A stretch of 62,160 nucleotides of DNA, filler included, from Vannella sp. (Eukaryota): the NCBI GenBank assembly GCA_023345925.1. It is 6 parts of 6 records of this genome, joined end to end, with 100 filler letters (N's around TTAATTAATTAA, not from the genome) between each part and the next. Parts side by side here need not be neighbours in the genome. Positions count along the whole stretch, not along the records: positions 33,829 to 39,491 come from JAJQQN010000274.1; positions 39,592 to 48,257 come from JAJQQN010000060.1; 4 more parts are not named here. One strand, 5' to 3'. The notes below the pieces were generated by a model. That model made no database searches. It was not told the DNA's origin and worked only from the letters and a program-made list of their open reading frames with translations. Numbering within the stretch: the stretch's first letter is position 1; every line of letters begins with the position of its first letter. Made by a program: the position numbers and the translations under genes. This document shows positions 33,829 to 45,707 of this stretch, piece after piece.

Positions 33829-35273
33829 TGCAACAAGAGAGCCTGTTGCTCCAACGGCCACATCAATTGCTTCACTGGAGTAACATCCAAGAACGACAGC
33901 GACTCCGCCACCGACCGCGCCAACGCCAACGCTTCCTCCATCACAAGGGAGGAAGGAATGTCCAATTGGTGACCCAGCCTCCTTCTCCCCTCCTTTTCTA
34001 CCCTTTCAACAAACGCAGTAGCTCCTTCAGAATGAGTTATTACGGCTCGAAACGTTGCAAAGGAGCCGAAGGAGTCCTCTGACTCTCTCCATCAACAGTA
34101 GTGCCAGTGGATACGGCAGTAGCCGATACTCAACTGTAGACCTCTTCAAACCATCTCATCGGCCAATCAAAGGCCCTTCTCGCTGGTACACCTCACCCAC
34201 ACGTATGCGCGATGGATTCTCCTCCCTTTCTCTTTCTCTGAAGGGAAGATGGGTGTTGGCTGTGGTCTACGAGCGAGAGTGGTATGAGCCTAGGACATGA
34301 GGCGGTGGCAGGAAGTTGGCGGGCATTTGGGGATGGTGCATTTGGAGCCGCGGCTTCTTGGTCTCTCGGTGGAGCAGGTGGGGGAGATCTGATGAGTTGG
34401 GGTGCTTCTTACAAGGATGTAGCGAAGAAAGGTGTTACGGGTGGTCAATGAGAGTGAGCAGGGTCTCTTCCTCAACAGTGTGGAGACTCCTCACTCCTCT
34501 TTTCTTGCTGTGAAGCCTGCTGCTGGGTTTGTTCCTGCCAGAGGACATCTGCTACTGTAGGACATCCTTTAGACTCTTCGTATCCTCTTCCAATGAGTCG
34601 AGCTGATCGTAACTCAGTGAAGTCATCCTCAAAGACGAATGGCAACCAGAGATGGGGACTTCAGCCTCTCTGAAGTTCGACATACGTACTAGAGAAGGTC
34701 AGGACGTATCCTTGGAAGGTGGAACCTCTCTAGAACTCCAAATCAGCACCTCTCCCACCCCCGACTCGCTCCTTCCTTCTCCTTTCCTTCTTGCGCTCGC
34801 TCTAGTCCTTTTGGCAACACTACTTTGGTCACAAAGCATCGACTACTTCCTTGAACCTCGCCTTATCCTCGCATTCGTCATCGGTACGCGCAATTCAAGA
34901 CCTCCTCCTCGTCTCCTCACTCTCCCTGGGCTCAGGAATGGCCACGTTCCTCTTCCAGGCGGTCTGCCTGTTCCCTCAAAGCATTTCGTTCCCTTTCCTG
35001 AACACTGCACTCTTTCTTGTCCGCCGGAATGAGCGGAAATGTGCCGGAATGATGTTTGCGCTCGTTCTTCTCATTCAAATGACTTAATCTCATCTTACGA
35101 ACATTCAAATGTCCCAAGAGACTTCGCAGAGCGCTCAGGAAGCTTCAAGACAGACGGAAAGAGGAAAGTCCAAGTTATTCGAAGATACATTGTTTGGGCA
35201 GCGTTGGCCCTTGCCTGGGTTGGTTTAGGAGGTTTACGAACCACTGTACATGAGATGGAACGTCCCGTCCTCT

Positions 35274-36533
35274 TCAGACGGTGTACTTGGGACATTTCCA
35301 TCGAGTCACCATTCTCTTTAAGTTCTCGCCTTCAGGGTCGAGCGGCTTGACAGGCCTAGGGACAGAAGGCATACTCACCCTGCGGGTGCTCCGGGGGCTG
35401 CGACCTTGCACTCCCGTGTACTTGGTGGCAATGGAGTCTGTTACATTGGTCCACTTCAGACCCTTTGTTTTCTCGGCCATGGGCTTCCTTGTAGCAGTTG
35501 GGGACTGGGGAACGACCAAATGTAGATCAGGAAGGGAGGTTCGAGGCGTGATACTCCGTGCCAAAGGGGAATCTCGAATCGGCGAGCTGGCAGCTCGGTG
35601 TCGGTTAGGGTAGGGGCTATCCTGGTGGGTGACTGAGTCGCAAGGGCGCTCAGGATGGTCATGTACAGGGGGATAGGGGTAAGAAGGAGGATGAGGATGA
35701 GGATCAGCTCGGTGTCGGTTAGGGTAGGGGCTATCCTGGCGGGTGACTGAGTCACAAGGGTGCTCAGGATGGCCACGTGCAGGGAGATAGGGGTAAGAAG
35801 GAGGATGAGGGTGAGGGTAAAGTGCTGGCTCAAAGCCCGGAGGCGGATAGTAATCGTGAGTGGGCATGCTTGGTGGCTGGTAGTACATGTACATGGGTGG
35901 ATTGGGTGGATTGGGTGCAAGAAAGTCCTCAGAGCCCAGAAAGGGGACCTGATTAAGGAGCACATCGGCGGGAGGGAAGAAGGGTTTGGGTGGAGGTTGC
36001 TGCGAGCGGTGGGATTGATAGAAGGGATTGGGTGGAGGACGAGTAAAGCTCTGAGGGACATTGGAGAAGAAGGGTTCCTGCAGGGAAGTGTCAAAGAGGC
36101 TGTTTTGGATAAAGTCGTCGATATCCGAGGTGTTGTTCGGGTCGTAGACCTCACAGACTCCCAAATAAGGGTCTCCCCTTGATACACTGTCCATGTGAGG
36201 GAAGGCCTCTCGTTCCTCCTGCCGCAGTTGCTCGTAGTACTCGAAATTAGGGTTCCGTTGAGTTACGGTCTGGGGAGGTCCTCTTCCGTATGGGAGAGGG
36301 ACAAACGGGTATGTTTGAAAGGCACTCTCTTGTTGCTGCAAAGTAGGACGAGTTGGAAGCGAACCGCGGCGGTATTGCTGCGGACGATCAGACATTTGGA
36401 GATGAGCGGGCCGTGTGAAGGGTTTCTGTTGTGTTACGTGGTTCCCAGTCACATTGATCTCTTCAGTAACAAGGCTACACCAGCCAAAAGTCAGCCAGAT
36501 GCACCTCCATCTGTTGAGAGAAGATCCTCTCAC
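35274..36533 (-). CDS. Pro/Tyr/Gln-rich low-complexity hypothetical protein with a 38-aa duplicated unit
   Basis: 419-codon ORF (likely start at MSDRPQQ) with a 114-nt direct repeat at about 35592-35820. Confidence 0.5.
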   Translation of the reverse strand: MRGSSLNRWRCIWLTFGWCSLVTEEINVTGNHVTQQKPFTRPAHLQMSDRPQQYRRGSLPTRPTLQQQESAFQTYPFVPLPYGRGPPQTVTQRNPNFEYYEQLRQEEREAFPHMDSVSRGDPYLGVCEVYDPNNTSDIDDFIQNSLFDTSLQEPFFSNVPQSFTRPPPNPFYQSHRSQQPPPKPFFPPADVLLNQVPFLGSEDFLAPNPPNPPMYMYYQPPSMPTHDYYPPPGFEPALYPHPHPPSYPYLPARGHPEHPCDSVTRQDSPYPNRHRADPHPHPPSYPYPPVHDHPERPCDSVTHQDSPYPNRHRAASSPIRDSPLARSITPRTSLPDLHLVVPQSPTATRKPMAEKTKGLKWTNVTDSIATKYTGVQGRSPRSTRRVSMPSVPRPVKPLDPEGENLKRMVTRWKCPKYTV

Positions 36534-36885
36534 CTTCCTCGCCGTTTGGCGGGGGGAGTTGACGTCTCGTCAAGTTGGAAAGGGGTGGACGTTCGCCTAT
36601 CTCCCAAATAAGGAGGTCCTTCCAATCGAGGACCTCCGTAAAGACTAGAAAAGGCTCGAATGCTACTCTCCGTCGGCACTGTGACCGAATGGCGCCTCCC
36701 CAACACGCTCAACGAAGCAGGGTTCTCTTGCCCTTCTCTAGATGACATCATCGCACTCTTGAATGAAACTGCCACTCGGTGCCGGACGTCCAAAGGAAAT
36801 GACAAGTTGACCACGACCCGGAGTTTGGCCGAAAGTTTTTCAAGGAACGGGAAATTGGCTTTTAGACCGGCGACCAAGAGATAGA

Positions 36886-39260
36886 TTAGGGGCTGCTGAG
36901 TCCTTCTAAAGTGGAAATTATGCTCTCAAAAGTGGGCCTGGCGCTGGGATCCTCGTTCCAGCAGGAAGTCATGAGATTGACCCATTCTAAGGGCCAATCG
37001 GGTTGCACTTGGGGACGGAGGGATTGAGTGCCAACTGCAAAGACGATCTGGAATGGTGGCATGCCTAGGAGGAGGTTAGAGTGGAAGGATGGGAAGGGAA
37101 TACTGACCGGGGAAGGGATCAGCGCGAGCGAACATCTCCCAAACCACAACTCCGAACCCATAGACGTCTGCTTTGGTTGTGTAGCGTTCGTTACGGAGTA
37201 CTTCAGGAGCTGTCCAAGAAGGAGTACCGCATGCTGTCATCGTTTGGTTATGCGCAGTGATTCTTGAAAGGCCAAAGTCGCACACTTTCACTCTCCAGTG
37301 AGAGTCAATCAAGAGATTGTGTGATTTCAGGTCGCGGTGGACGATGGGAGGGCTTTGCTTATGCAGGTAATTCATTCCCCGGACAGTGTCTAAACAGATT
37401 GATTTGATTCTCCGGCGACTGAAACTTGAGTCTGGTTGATGTAACATTCGATACAAGCTGCCGTTGGACATGTACTCCATGCAGATGCACACCTCCCGTC
37501 CGGTTTGGGAGATACCCAGGTATTGGAGGATGTTTGGATGGCGGAGAGACCGCATGAGACCAGCTTCCTGTCGGAACTCATTCATGAGCTTCTCCGTCAT
37601 GGCAGAGGGAAGCATTTTGACTGCAATCTTCGTGCCTCTCCATTTGGCAGAGTAGATCACTCCAAAGCTGCCCTTTTCAATCTGTTTCATGCCCTTGATT
37701 TCGCTGTAAGGAATGAAGTTCGGATCAGTCCCCTCGTTAAGGTCGCCGTTGAGGACCATGTCGTAAAGATCCCTTTGGGGAACAGTCGGACGCAAAGCCT
37801 CTGAGATTAACCGCTTGTTCTGGAAACAAATGATGCCAACCCCCACCAACAGTACGCAGACAATCAGAATACCCACGGCCAAAGCAGCCCACATGAACCC
37901 AGGAGAGTGGGGTTGACTTGCCACCACGGAATAAGTGGGCGGCGGGGAAGGGGTAGTAGGAGAAGGCCCAGGAGACCGTTCGAATTGGAATGATGAAGAG
38001 GGAATAGGCGAGGGACTCGGGAGGGCAATACCATTAAAGTGATATTCTTCCTCTGCAAGAGAGAAGACAACGCCATTCTGACTAAATCCAACACTGACGT
38101 TCCGCGAACCTTCGTAGATAAAGTCCGTTACATCAACACATATAACAGTGTGGCTGTCCACAAACACTGTGTGAAGGACCGGGATCTCTCCAAACCTGAC
38201 CAGACAAGTCAGTCTTGCAAACGAGGAAACCGTATTACTCACTTGCAAATCATCGCTGAAGAGTAAAAGAATCCGCTCCCTGACAGCGTGACATTGACTC
38301 CTCCAGCAGAGGGACCCTGAGCAGGAGTGAAAGAGTCAATAGTGGGGAGAATGTACCAATAGAAGTATCCATCACCGATGACCTCCATGGAGGACCCCAA
38401 CAGCTCGAAGTTGTCAGAGAATGGGATCTGGCGTGAAGGGACCTGACAATACAGCTGACTGGAGTCGACATAAGTCGCATTGATGATCTGCAACGAGTCA
38501 GGGAGCGCCTTTGTGGGAAGGCAGGGCTCACAATATCTCCAAAGCTGCAGTAGAACGTCTCTGATGGTAGGAAGTTGGTTCCTAACACTGTCATCGGAAT
38601 CGAGGTGTTCACAGGCGCTGAAGTGGGAAAAAAGCGGGTCAACGTGGGCGAGACTGCTCTCCTGTCAGCTTCATTGCCTCTGAGCAGCCAGGAGGGACCT
38701 ACCAGGACCATATCCCAGCTTGATAGTAACGTTTGACACGCAGAGAAGGTCGGTAGCCCAGATCTTGAAGAGGTTCATCTCCCCGTACTTGTAAAAGGGC
38801 CATCCACCATTGTAGAGGGTTCCTTGGAGAGGGATGGTTTGCAAGCAGTTAAGGCATTCACATGTTTGAGAGGCTGGAGGACGGGTGAGTGAGGGAGGCA
38901 AGGAGGGAAGGCGTTCTTACCATTGAGAGCGGGAAGTAAGTTGATGATGGACCCGTCGAGGGTTGCCAGGGCTTCCTTGTTGACTTGCGTTCGGTTGTGG
39001 CAACCAAAGGTCATGTAGAGAACGATATCCACCGTTCTACAGACGCTCCCAGTGGGGATGGGATCCATAAACTCTCGCGATCCCTTTTGCCAATGGGAGG
39101 TGTCGTTGTTGCACGCCAACGAAGGGAAGAAGGTGGAACCGGTACAATCACCATTCACACAAGACGTGGTTGTACCATCAAAAATCACCTGCGTCTCCAC
39201 AAAGTCCCCCTGGCCCCCGTGGAGAAGGACCAGAAGCAGCAACCCCATCCACACGCGCAT
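36886..39260 (-). CDS. Receptor-like TKL kinase with extracellular IPT/TIG domains, multi-exon
   Basis: Signal peptide MRVWMGLLLLVLL, IPT (PTIDSFTPAQGPSAGGVNVTLSGSGF), a TM helix, and kinase motifs HRDLKSHN, DFG, CGTPSWTAPE and CWNEDPSARPTF. Confidence 0.9.
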
Positions 39261-39350
39261 CTCACTAGTACAAGCTGAGAATGATTCATTAGACTTCCAC
39301 TTTAGCTTTATTGAGGACATCTTCTCGGCCAGTGGCTTTATGAGAAGAAA

Positions 39351-39469
39351 TCGTGAGAAAATCCACGAGTGAAGGGGAAGAGGGGGCAGAACCCGTGTTG
39401 CGTGGCTTGCCCTGATGACCTCCATCTCTTCAGGATAAGCTTTTGGACTGATTTCATTTTTTCACTTTT
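39351..39469. ncRNA. Conserved structured non-coding element, copy 2
   Basis: 39411-39446 is identical to 7381-7416; the ATTTTTTCACTTTT and CCACGAG flanks are shared. Confidence 0.4.
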
Positions 39470-39491
39470 GGGCTGTCCCAAACAAGGGGAA

Positions 39492-39591
39492 NNNNNNNNN
39501 NNNNNNNNNNNNNNNNNNNNNNNNNNNNNNNNNNNTTAATTAATTAANNNNNNNNNNNNNNNNNNNNNNNNNNNNNNNNNNNNNNNNNNNN
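39492..39591. other. Artificial contig linker
   Basis: N-run with TTAATTAATTAA. Confidence 0.97.
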
Positions 39592-40170
39592 CCCCGAGCG
39601 TGCTCAGTGAAATTGCTCCCAAGCCCCAACTAGCTAACCATGATAACTAGATGGTCCCCGAGGAACGAAAGGTGCTCAAGAAGGAGACGCCATTAAAGGG
39701 CCAACCAGAGAAACTTCAAGCGCATGGAGTCGACAAGGAGCCAAAGGAGTCCAATAAGCAGAAGACTGTTCAAAGAAGTGGCGTTTGTCCTTGGTGTGCT
39801 CAGGTAAGGCGCAAAAGGGAAGCCGTAGGTAAACTTGCTCAAGTTACCCTGACCTTCCCTTCCCACATGATACGGGAAAATGCAACACAAAGACAACCGC
39901 GGTAACGAGGGCATCATTGAGTTTGATGGTGTCCAGTGGATGACATGCAGTGTTAAATGGCGAAAGTCATCAAAGGTAATCAGTAAGTGCACGTTCATTA
40001 CAGTACACAAATATCTCCACTATTGAAACTTCTCATTATAAACTCTTCTCTCACCGACTGCGCCCACCAGTCAACAGTCAGTCAGTTTCAACATGCAGGA
40101 AGAGGTATCACCCACTCTGAGATCCCTCTGCAAGAGGACGGCCTACTTTGGGGCTTCCAACTGTGGGTGA

Positions 40171-43100
40171 TTATTTGAGGAAGAAATGGTGGAACTTGCT
40201 CTTGAGTTGAGGAGACAGCTGTTCTAGAACAGAGGAAACAGTGGCCCGAGTGGTGGGATCGGTGAGTGTTTCAGAGTTAATACTGTTCATGTGGTAGAGG
40301 AAGTTGATAATAAGATCCTGGGCCCACATTGCTGTGTTGGGATTGTGCGATGTCAGGTTGATATCACAAGCGTCTTCAAAGTGAATGGTTTGATGAGCTT
40401 TGTCTGCCTCACAAAGCAATCCAAACAAAGCGCAAAGAATCTGATGCATCACGGGGTGGTTAGAGTGAGGAAGAGGAATAGAGGAAGGAAACTCACTTCA
40501 TCAAGAAGAGAAGCTTGTTGAGCGATACGATAAAGAGAAGGAGCGAGGAGACGACAAAGCAGGAGAACATGATGTAAAGAGATTCTTCCTCCCTTCTCCA
40601 CCACAGACGTGCTGATGAAGAAGATAATGTTTTTGAAGTTATAAAGCCTCTCCGCACCAGAATAGTGATAAAAGTTTTGCAGCAGAGCTATCAAGTAGGC
40701 ACTTTGATCAATCATGGCACTATTGGATGGAACGCGCACTGCGAACATGTAATGAGCAAATGGACTTGAAAGTCCCCCAACTATTGGTTCGGTGAAGGAT
40801 AGAAGAACTGGGTTTTGACAAAGCATGGCAACGCATTCCTCTTGTAGACTTTGCCCAAATGCATCTGGCAGAGAAGCAAGTAAAAGGCCCACAAAGTGAA
40901 TGATAGTCTCGCGTGGTTTCTCATTGACAAGAGAGACAATCGCAGAAACAATACTTTTGACAGCTTCACGTGGAAAGAGAAGAATCTCCAAAGTGCAGTT
41001 GGCTAAGGTAACATCGGGATAGGAAGGAAACTCTCGGTAACTGTGAGGAGGTTTTCCGGTCGATGCGTTTTGTGCGCTGCAGATTTTCTCTGCTCCTGCC
41101 CTTACCAAAAGTTGGATTGACTCTTCAAGCTGAGGGCAATTGCCTGTCTCTCCAATGGCAAAGTGAAATTTGTCTAATTTCGGTACAATATGAATTAGCT
41201 GAAGAAGGGCAGTTTTGAGTTCTGGAGTCATTTGATGAGATCCATGGTAATAATGAAGCAGATCTGTCACGAGAGTGACAGGGGCAGAGTGGTACGCATA
41301 GAGGCGGAGGTAGACAGAACCCTCCTTCAAGAGACGCAAGATCATGTCCCCGCGAGCTGCTTCAATGAATTGCATAATCAAGCAATCCAAGATTGGCAAC
41401 AATCGAAGAGGCACGGAGCTAAAGTACAAAGGATAGATGGGCTGCTCCGTCTCCAATTGAGCAAAAAGTGGCTTTTGACCATATTGGCGCATCTTGGCGT
41501 GGTTGTGGGTCTCCTCCCACGAATTGGGGCTAATATCTACTTTGAGGAAAGCTGTAATACACTGCTGGGTGGACTGGGAAGTAAAGAGGAAGAAATCTAA
41601 GAGGCGGAAGCTATTTGGATCATCATCGCGGTCGGCAAAAGCTAAGAGAAGATGCTCCAAAGAGATGAGATTATGAGACCAGACCAGCTCTTCCAGGAGA
41701 GTACCAAGTCGGTTTAAATCATCATCCGGGAGCTTGGAGGGAAGATAGCTCGTCCCTGAGAGGGAGCGAGGTTGATTCCTTTGGAGGAGCTCGTCAAGAA
41801 TGAAATCTACGAATTGATAGACCATCAGTACTACTTGTACTGGAAGCTGAGCCCCCAATTCGCTGCGGGCGCTGGATAGAAGATCAGCAGGATACTGGGA
41901 TCTGTGGAATGCGCGAAGGAGCAGGACAGGGAGGATGAATTTGGGGGCCACAAATTGTCCCATCTTATCTCGGAGTAACTTGAAGCTTGAGAATGGGATT
42001 TGAGCCACTTCTGTGGCTGCTGTTAAGGAGATTGGAGGTCCTCCGCAACAGTGGGCGCTGGAGTAGGTGACTGGAGCCCCGTTTGCCATCTCCGAAACGA
42101 AGATACCGTTAATTAATGGCGGGAAGAAGGGCCTTTGTCGCTCCCACGTGTGAGCACCTGTAAGATGGATGAGACGGCGTACTATTCGGACAGTCTTCTG
42201 ATGGGTAGTGGAAGATACAACTCCACGCAGCTTTAAAGTGCGGGCCAGAGACCGTAAGAAGATACGATTCAGGGTTATTCCAAAGTCAATTTGAGCCAAG
42301 ACACCGGAGCGAAAGGAGATTATCCTTCTTTGCAAGAGAGAGGCTTTGATAAACAAGGACTCTAGTGAATGGAAGAGTTGGTGGTGTCTTGTTGTCATCA
42401 AGTCCTCGAAAGAGCTGATGAGTAGATGGCTTGTTTCGTTCCTTTCTTTAAACAAAGGCATCAAGCGGAAATTGATCAGCTCCACGAGCATGTGTTTTTG
42501 GCATGAAGGGGTCCCACGATGATGATACCGGGCCATCAATGGAAACAACGAACCTCCAAGAAACAGTAGCCTTGCATAGGTTTCTAGAAGGCCAGGAGGC
42601 TCTCCATAAACATGTTCGGTCTCGGCTCTTTCAAAGAGATGGGCTTCAATGATTGATTGAAGGCGCTGCTTCGTTTTTACTGAGACTGAGGAAATGAACA
42701 AATAGTCCATTGCAGCTGAACTACCTTTGAAAGGGACCTTACCAACAAGTTCTCCGGAAAGAGATGAGGTTACGAGAGCAACGAACATACTCTTAGCAAT
42801 GGGCAGGGAGGAGAAGAATGACACTAACGCACTGACCACCTGGTTCGTTTCTTTTGCGAATCCTGTTGGGTCTTCTGCAAGGATAGACCATTGTGTTTTG
42901 ATATGTTCATAGTCGGGCATGCCTGCTGACGCTGCGGGATCAAGATACTTGCGAACTGCCTCTTTCCCAATTACTTCGAGGCGGGAGATAGCACAGTAGG
43001 TTGCGTGATCCTGGATATTGTATGACTGGGTTCTTTTAGGCTCTCCTCGTAGGGCCAGAATTGCGTTGCTCAAGCGCCCGTTGTGAAGTCTAAGGTCAAC

Positions 43101-44526
43101 TTCGAGGCGATCCTTCAATCCAGTTTCTGACATGATGCATTGAGAGACTAAGTAGACGACACCATCATCGCGAATGCCCTTCTGGTTCAATAGGAAAACC
43201 AAATCTTCAAAGTCCACCATCCCTTCTTCGACCAGATTGAAAAGTAGGGTTCCGAACCGAACCCATTCCCCCCATACTTGTGCTGCTGCCGCCCGCTTCT
43301 GGGAAAGGCCTTCTTGAGACTGAGGCTCATCAGCGTTAAGCATCTTCATCTGCATCTTCTTTGAGTAAAGATCTTCAATGCGCAACACAGCCGCTTCGAG
43401 GAGTAAGCGACTGGGACTGGGAGAGTGCTTTGATTGGTCCACTGGCACCGCCACTGCTTGGAAGTGGCTTACAATCACCCTTCGGAAAAGAGCGGGTAGA
43501 CAATTGTCATGCATCATTAAATAGAGAGTCCTGACCGCCCGCTTATGCATTTCCGAGTCACTCATTTGATTGCTGATGACACTTGCTGTCGTCTCATTCA
43601 CCATCCGATGGCGGAGGGGCAGGCTTTGGAGATAAGCATCCAACTCGTCACTAAACCTACTCGTCAATCGGCATCGTTCAAAGCGGTTCTGGGGCAGAAG
43701 AAGGCTGGCTAGGTTCTGCTGCTGCTGGAACACCAAGTTAGTGAACGGCTGGACCACCCAATGGGCCGTCAGGGAGCGTTCTTGATAGAAAGAGTACACT
43801 TCTCCTATGATACGGTACGGAGGCAGTGGAGGGTGTTCGCTCTGTAAGAAGGAGAGGAGCAAGGTGACTCCCCGCTGCGCGCAGTTGAACATTTGGCTCG
43901 TGGCAGGGGAAAGGAGACTGGTTTGAGGCACGTGAGGCGCCGACACAACGACAGAAGGCAGCCCTTGGATCTCTTCAAGGAGGCTACGAAGAATAGACGA
44001 GGCAGCAGTGAGGGAGAGACGGGAGAGGTACGTTTGAAGCAGATCGCACTGCGCATGCCACAGATGGGGAGTGTAAAGGAGGCTCATGCTTGTAGCTACT
44101 CTAGTCATCGTCTCATTCATCTATACAGCGTATGGGGGTCAGATGGATAGCTCTACTTGCCACTGTAGCTTACTTCAAGCACTCCCAGGTCCAGGAGATC
44201 TGTTAGAGAGGACATGAGCAATCTCCTTCTTGCTTGATGCCTCGACTGAGCCTGTAATTGATCGAGTAGCACCGAGAGGAGATCAGCAGCTACTAAAGAG
44301 TGGCGCACATCAGCTCCAGTAAGAGAGCCAGCACGTCGGAGCTCGCCCTTCCCCAAAGAGTCCTTTTGCAGCTCTCGACATCGTTGGAGAAACGGCGGAA
44401 CGTCCCCCTGTCGAAGCAGCTGTATCACATTCACCCGTCAGATCAAACAGAGCCACTAACGAAGCCCCTACTCACCTGCAACACTTCCTTCTGGATGAGA
44501 GCGCGAACCCCCACCGCAGAGGGCAT
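40171..44526 (-). CDS. MED23: Mediator subunit 23
   Basis: PPGLLETYARLL, PLYFSSVPLRLLPILD, LYAYHSAPVTLVTDLLHYY and YREFP match MED23 blocks; about 1350 aa. Confidence 0.8.
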
Positions 44527-44697
44527 TGAAAAAATGGCTCAAAATCAAGATTCGACCATTCCAATACATTAAATATGTTAAATGGATACCTGTGGCTCAT
44601 TGAGCATCGAATTGGACATGCCATTTTAAAAAGGGCGGGAAATGAGCAACCGCTTGTGGTTGGGGGTTTGAGCCTATTTTCGCTCGGGTTTGGAACG

Positions 44698-45597
44698 ATG
44701 GCAGCCACCAACTCGTTGCTGCAGTCCTATTTGAACCATAAGCAGATGGTGGAAGCTGGTGAGGCGAAGGAGAACACAGCAGTGAATGGGGCGGAGGAAA
44801 GACGTTGGAAGTTAGAAGACTTTGAGATTGGAAAGCCGCTGGGCCGCGGCAAGTTTGGTCGGGTCTACCTTGCTCGAGAGAAGCGCTCGAAGCAGGTTGT
44901 CGCCCTCAAACTCATGTACAAGAAGGACTTGGCCGACAATGGAATGGAAAAGCAAGTTCGTCGGGAGATTGAGATCCAAACGCATCTCAAGCACAGCAAC
45001 ATCCTCCGCATGTATGGCTTCTTCTATGATGCCAACCGAGTGTTCCTTATCCTTGAGCATGCTCCTGGAGGGGAGCTATTCAAGCAGTTACTGGAAGCAC
45101 GGTCCTTCCCGGAGGAGCTCTCTGCTTCGTACATTGCGCAGCTGACACGCGCGCTGATCTACTGCCACTCCCACAATGTCATTCATAGAGATATCAAGCC
45201 TGAAAACATCCTCATTGGCAAGCGAGGGGAGCTGAAACTAGCCGACTTTGGATGGTCCGTTCACGCGCCGGGCAACCGCCGAACCACCCTGTGCGGTACG
45301 CTTGATTACTTGCCTCCAGAGATGATCAACAAGGACGATCATGATGATCGAGTCGACGTTTGGGCCTTGGGGATCCTCCTCTTCGAGTTCTTGACTGGAA
45401 AGCCTCCCTTTGAGGACCCTTCAAAGGACGGTACATTCGAGAAGATCACCAAAGCAGACCTTGTGTGGGGTGACGACGTCTCACTGAGTGATAATGCAAA
45501 GGATTTGGTGTCTCAACTCCTCGCAAAGAGGGCGAGCGACCGAATTCAACTGGAGAATGTCCTTCAGCACCCGTTTATTACCTCATACAACGCTTAA
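44698..45597 (+). CDS. Aurora kinase
   Basis: WKLEDFEIGKPLGRGKFGRVYLARE, QVRREIEIQTHL and DFGWSVHAPGNRRTTLCGTLDYLPPEM. Confidence 0.97.
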   Translation: MAATNSLLQSYLNHKQMVEAGEAKENTAVNGAEERRWKLEDFEIGKPLGRGKFGRVYLAREKRSKQVVALKLMYKKDLADNGMEKQVRREIEIQTHLKHSNILRMYGFFYDANRVFLILEHAPGGELFKQLLEARSFPEELSASYIAQLTRALIYCHSHNVIHRDIKPENILIGKRGELKLADFGWSVHAPGNRRTTLCGTLDYLPPEMINKDDHDDRVDVWALGILLFEFLTGKPPFEDPSKDGTFEKITKADLVWGDDVSLSDNAKDLVSQLLAKRASDRIQLENVLQHPFITSYNA

Positions 45598-45707
45598 TTC
45601 CCTTCAAAAGTGTTCCTGATACGATTGTATTTGTATATGTTTCCTTCTAGCATCGTATAAACAGCTTCTTGTCGTTGCAAGAATCATTATTGTGACATTG
45701 AGGAGAG

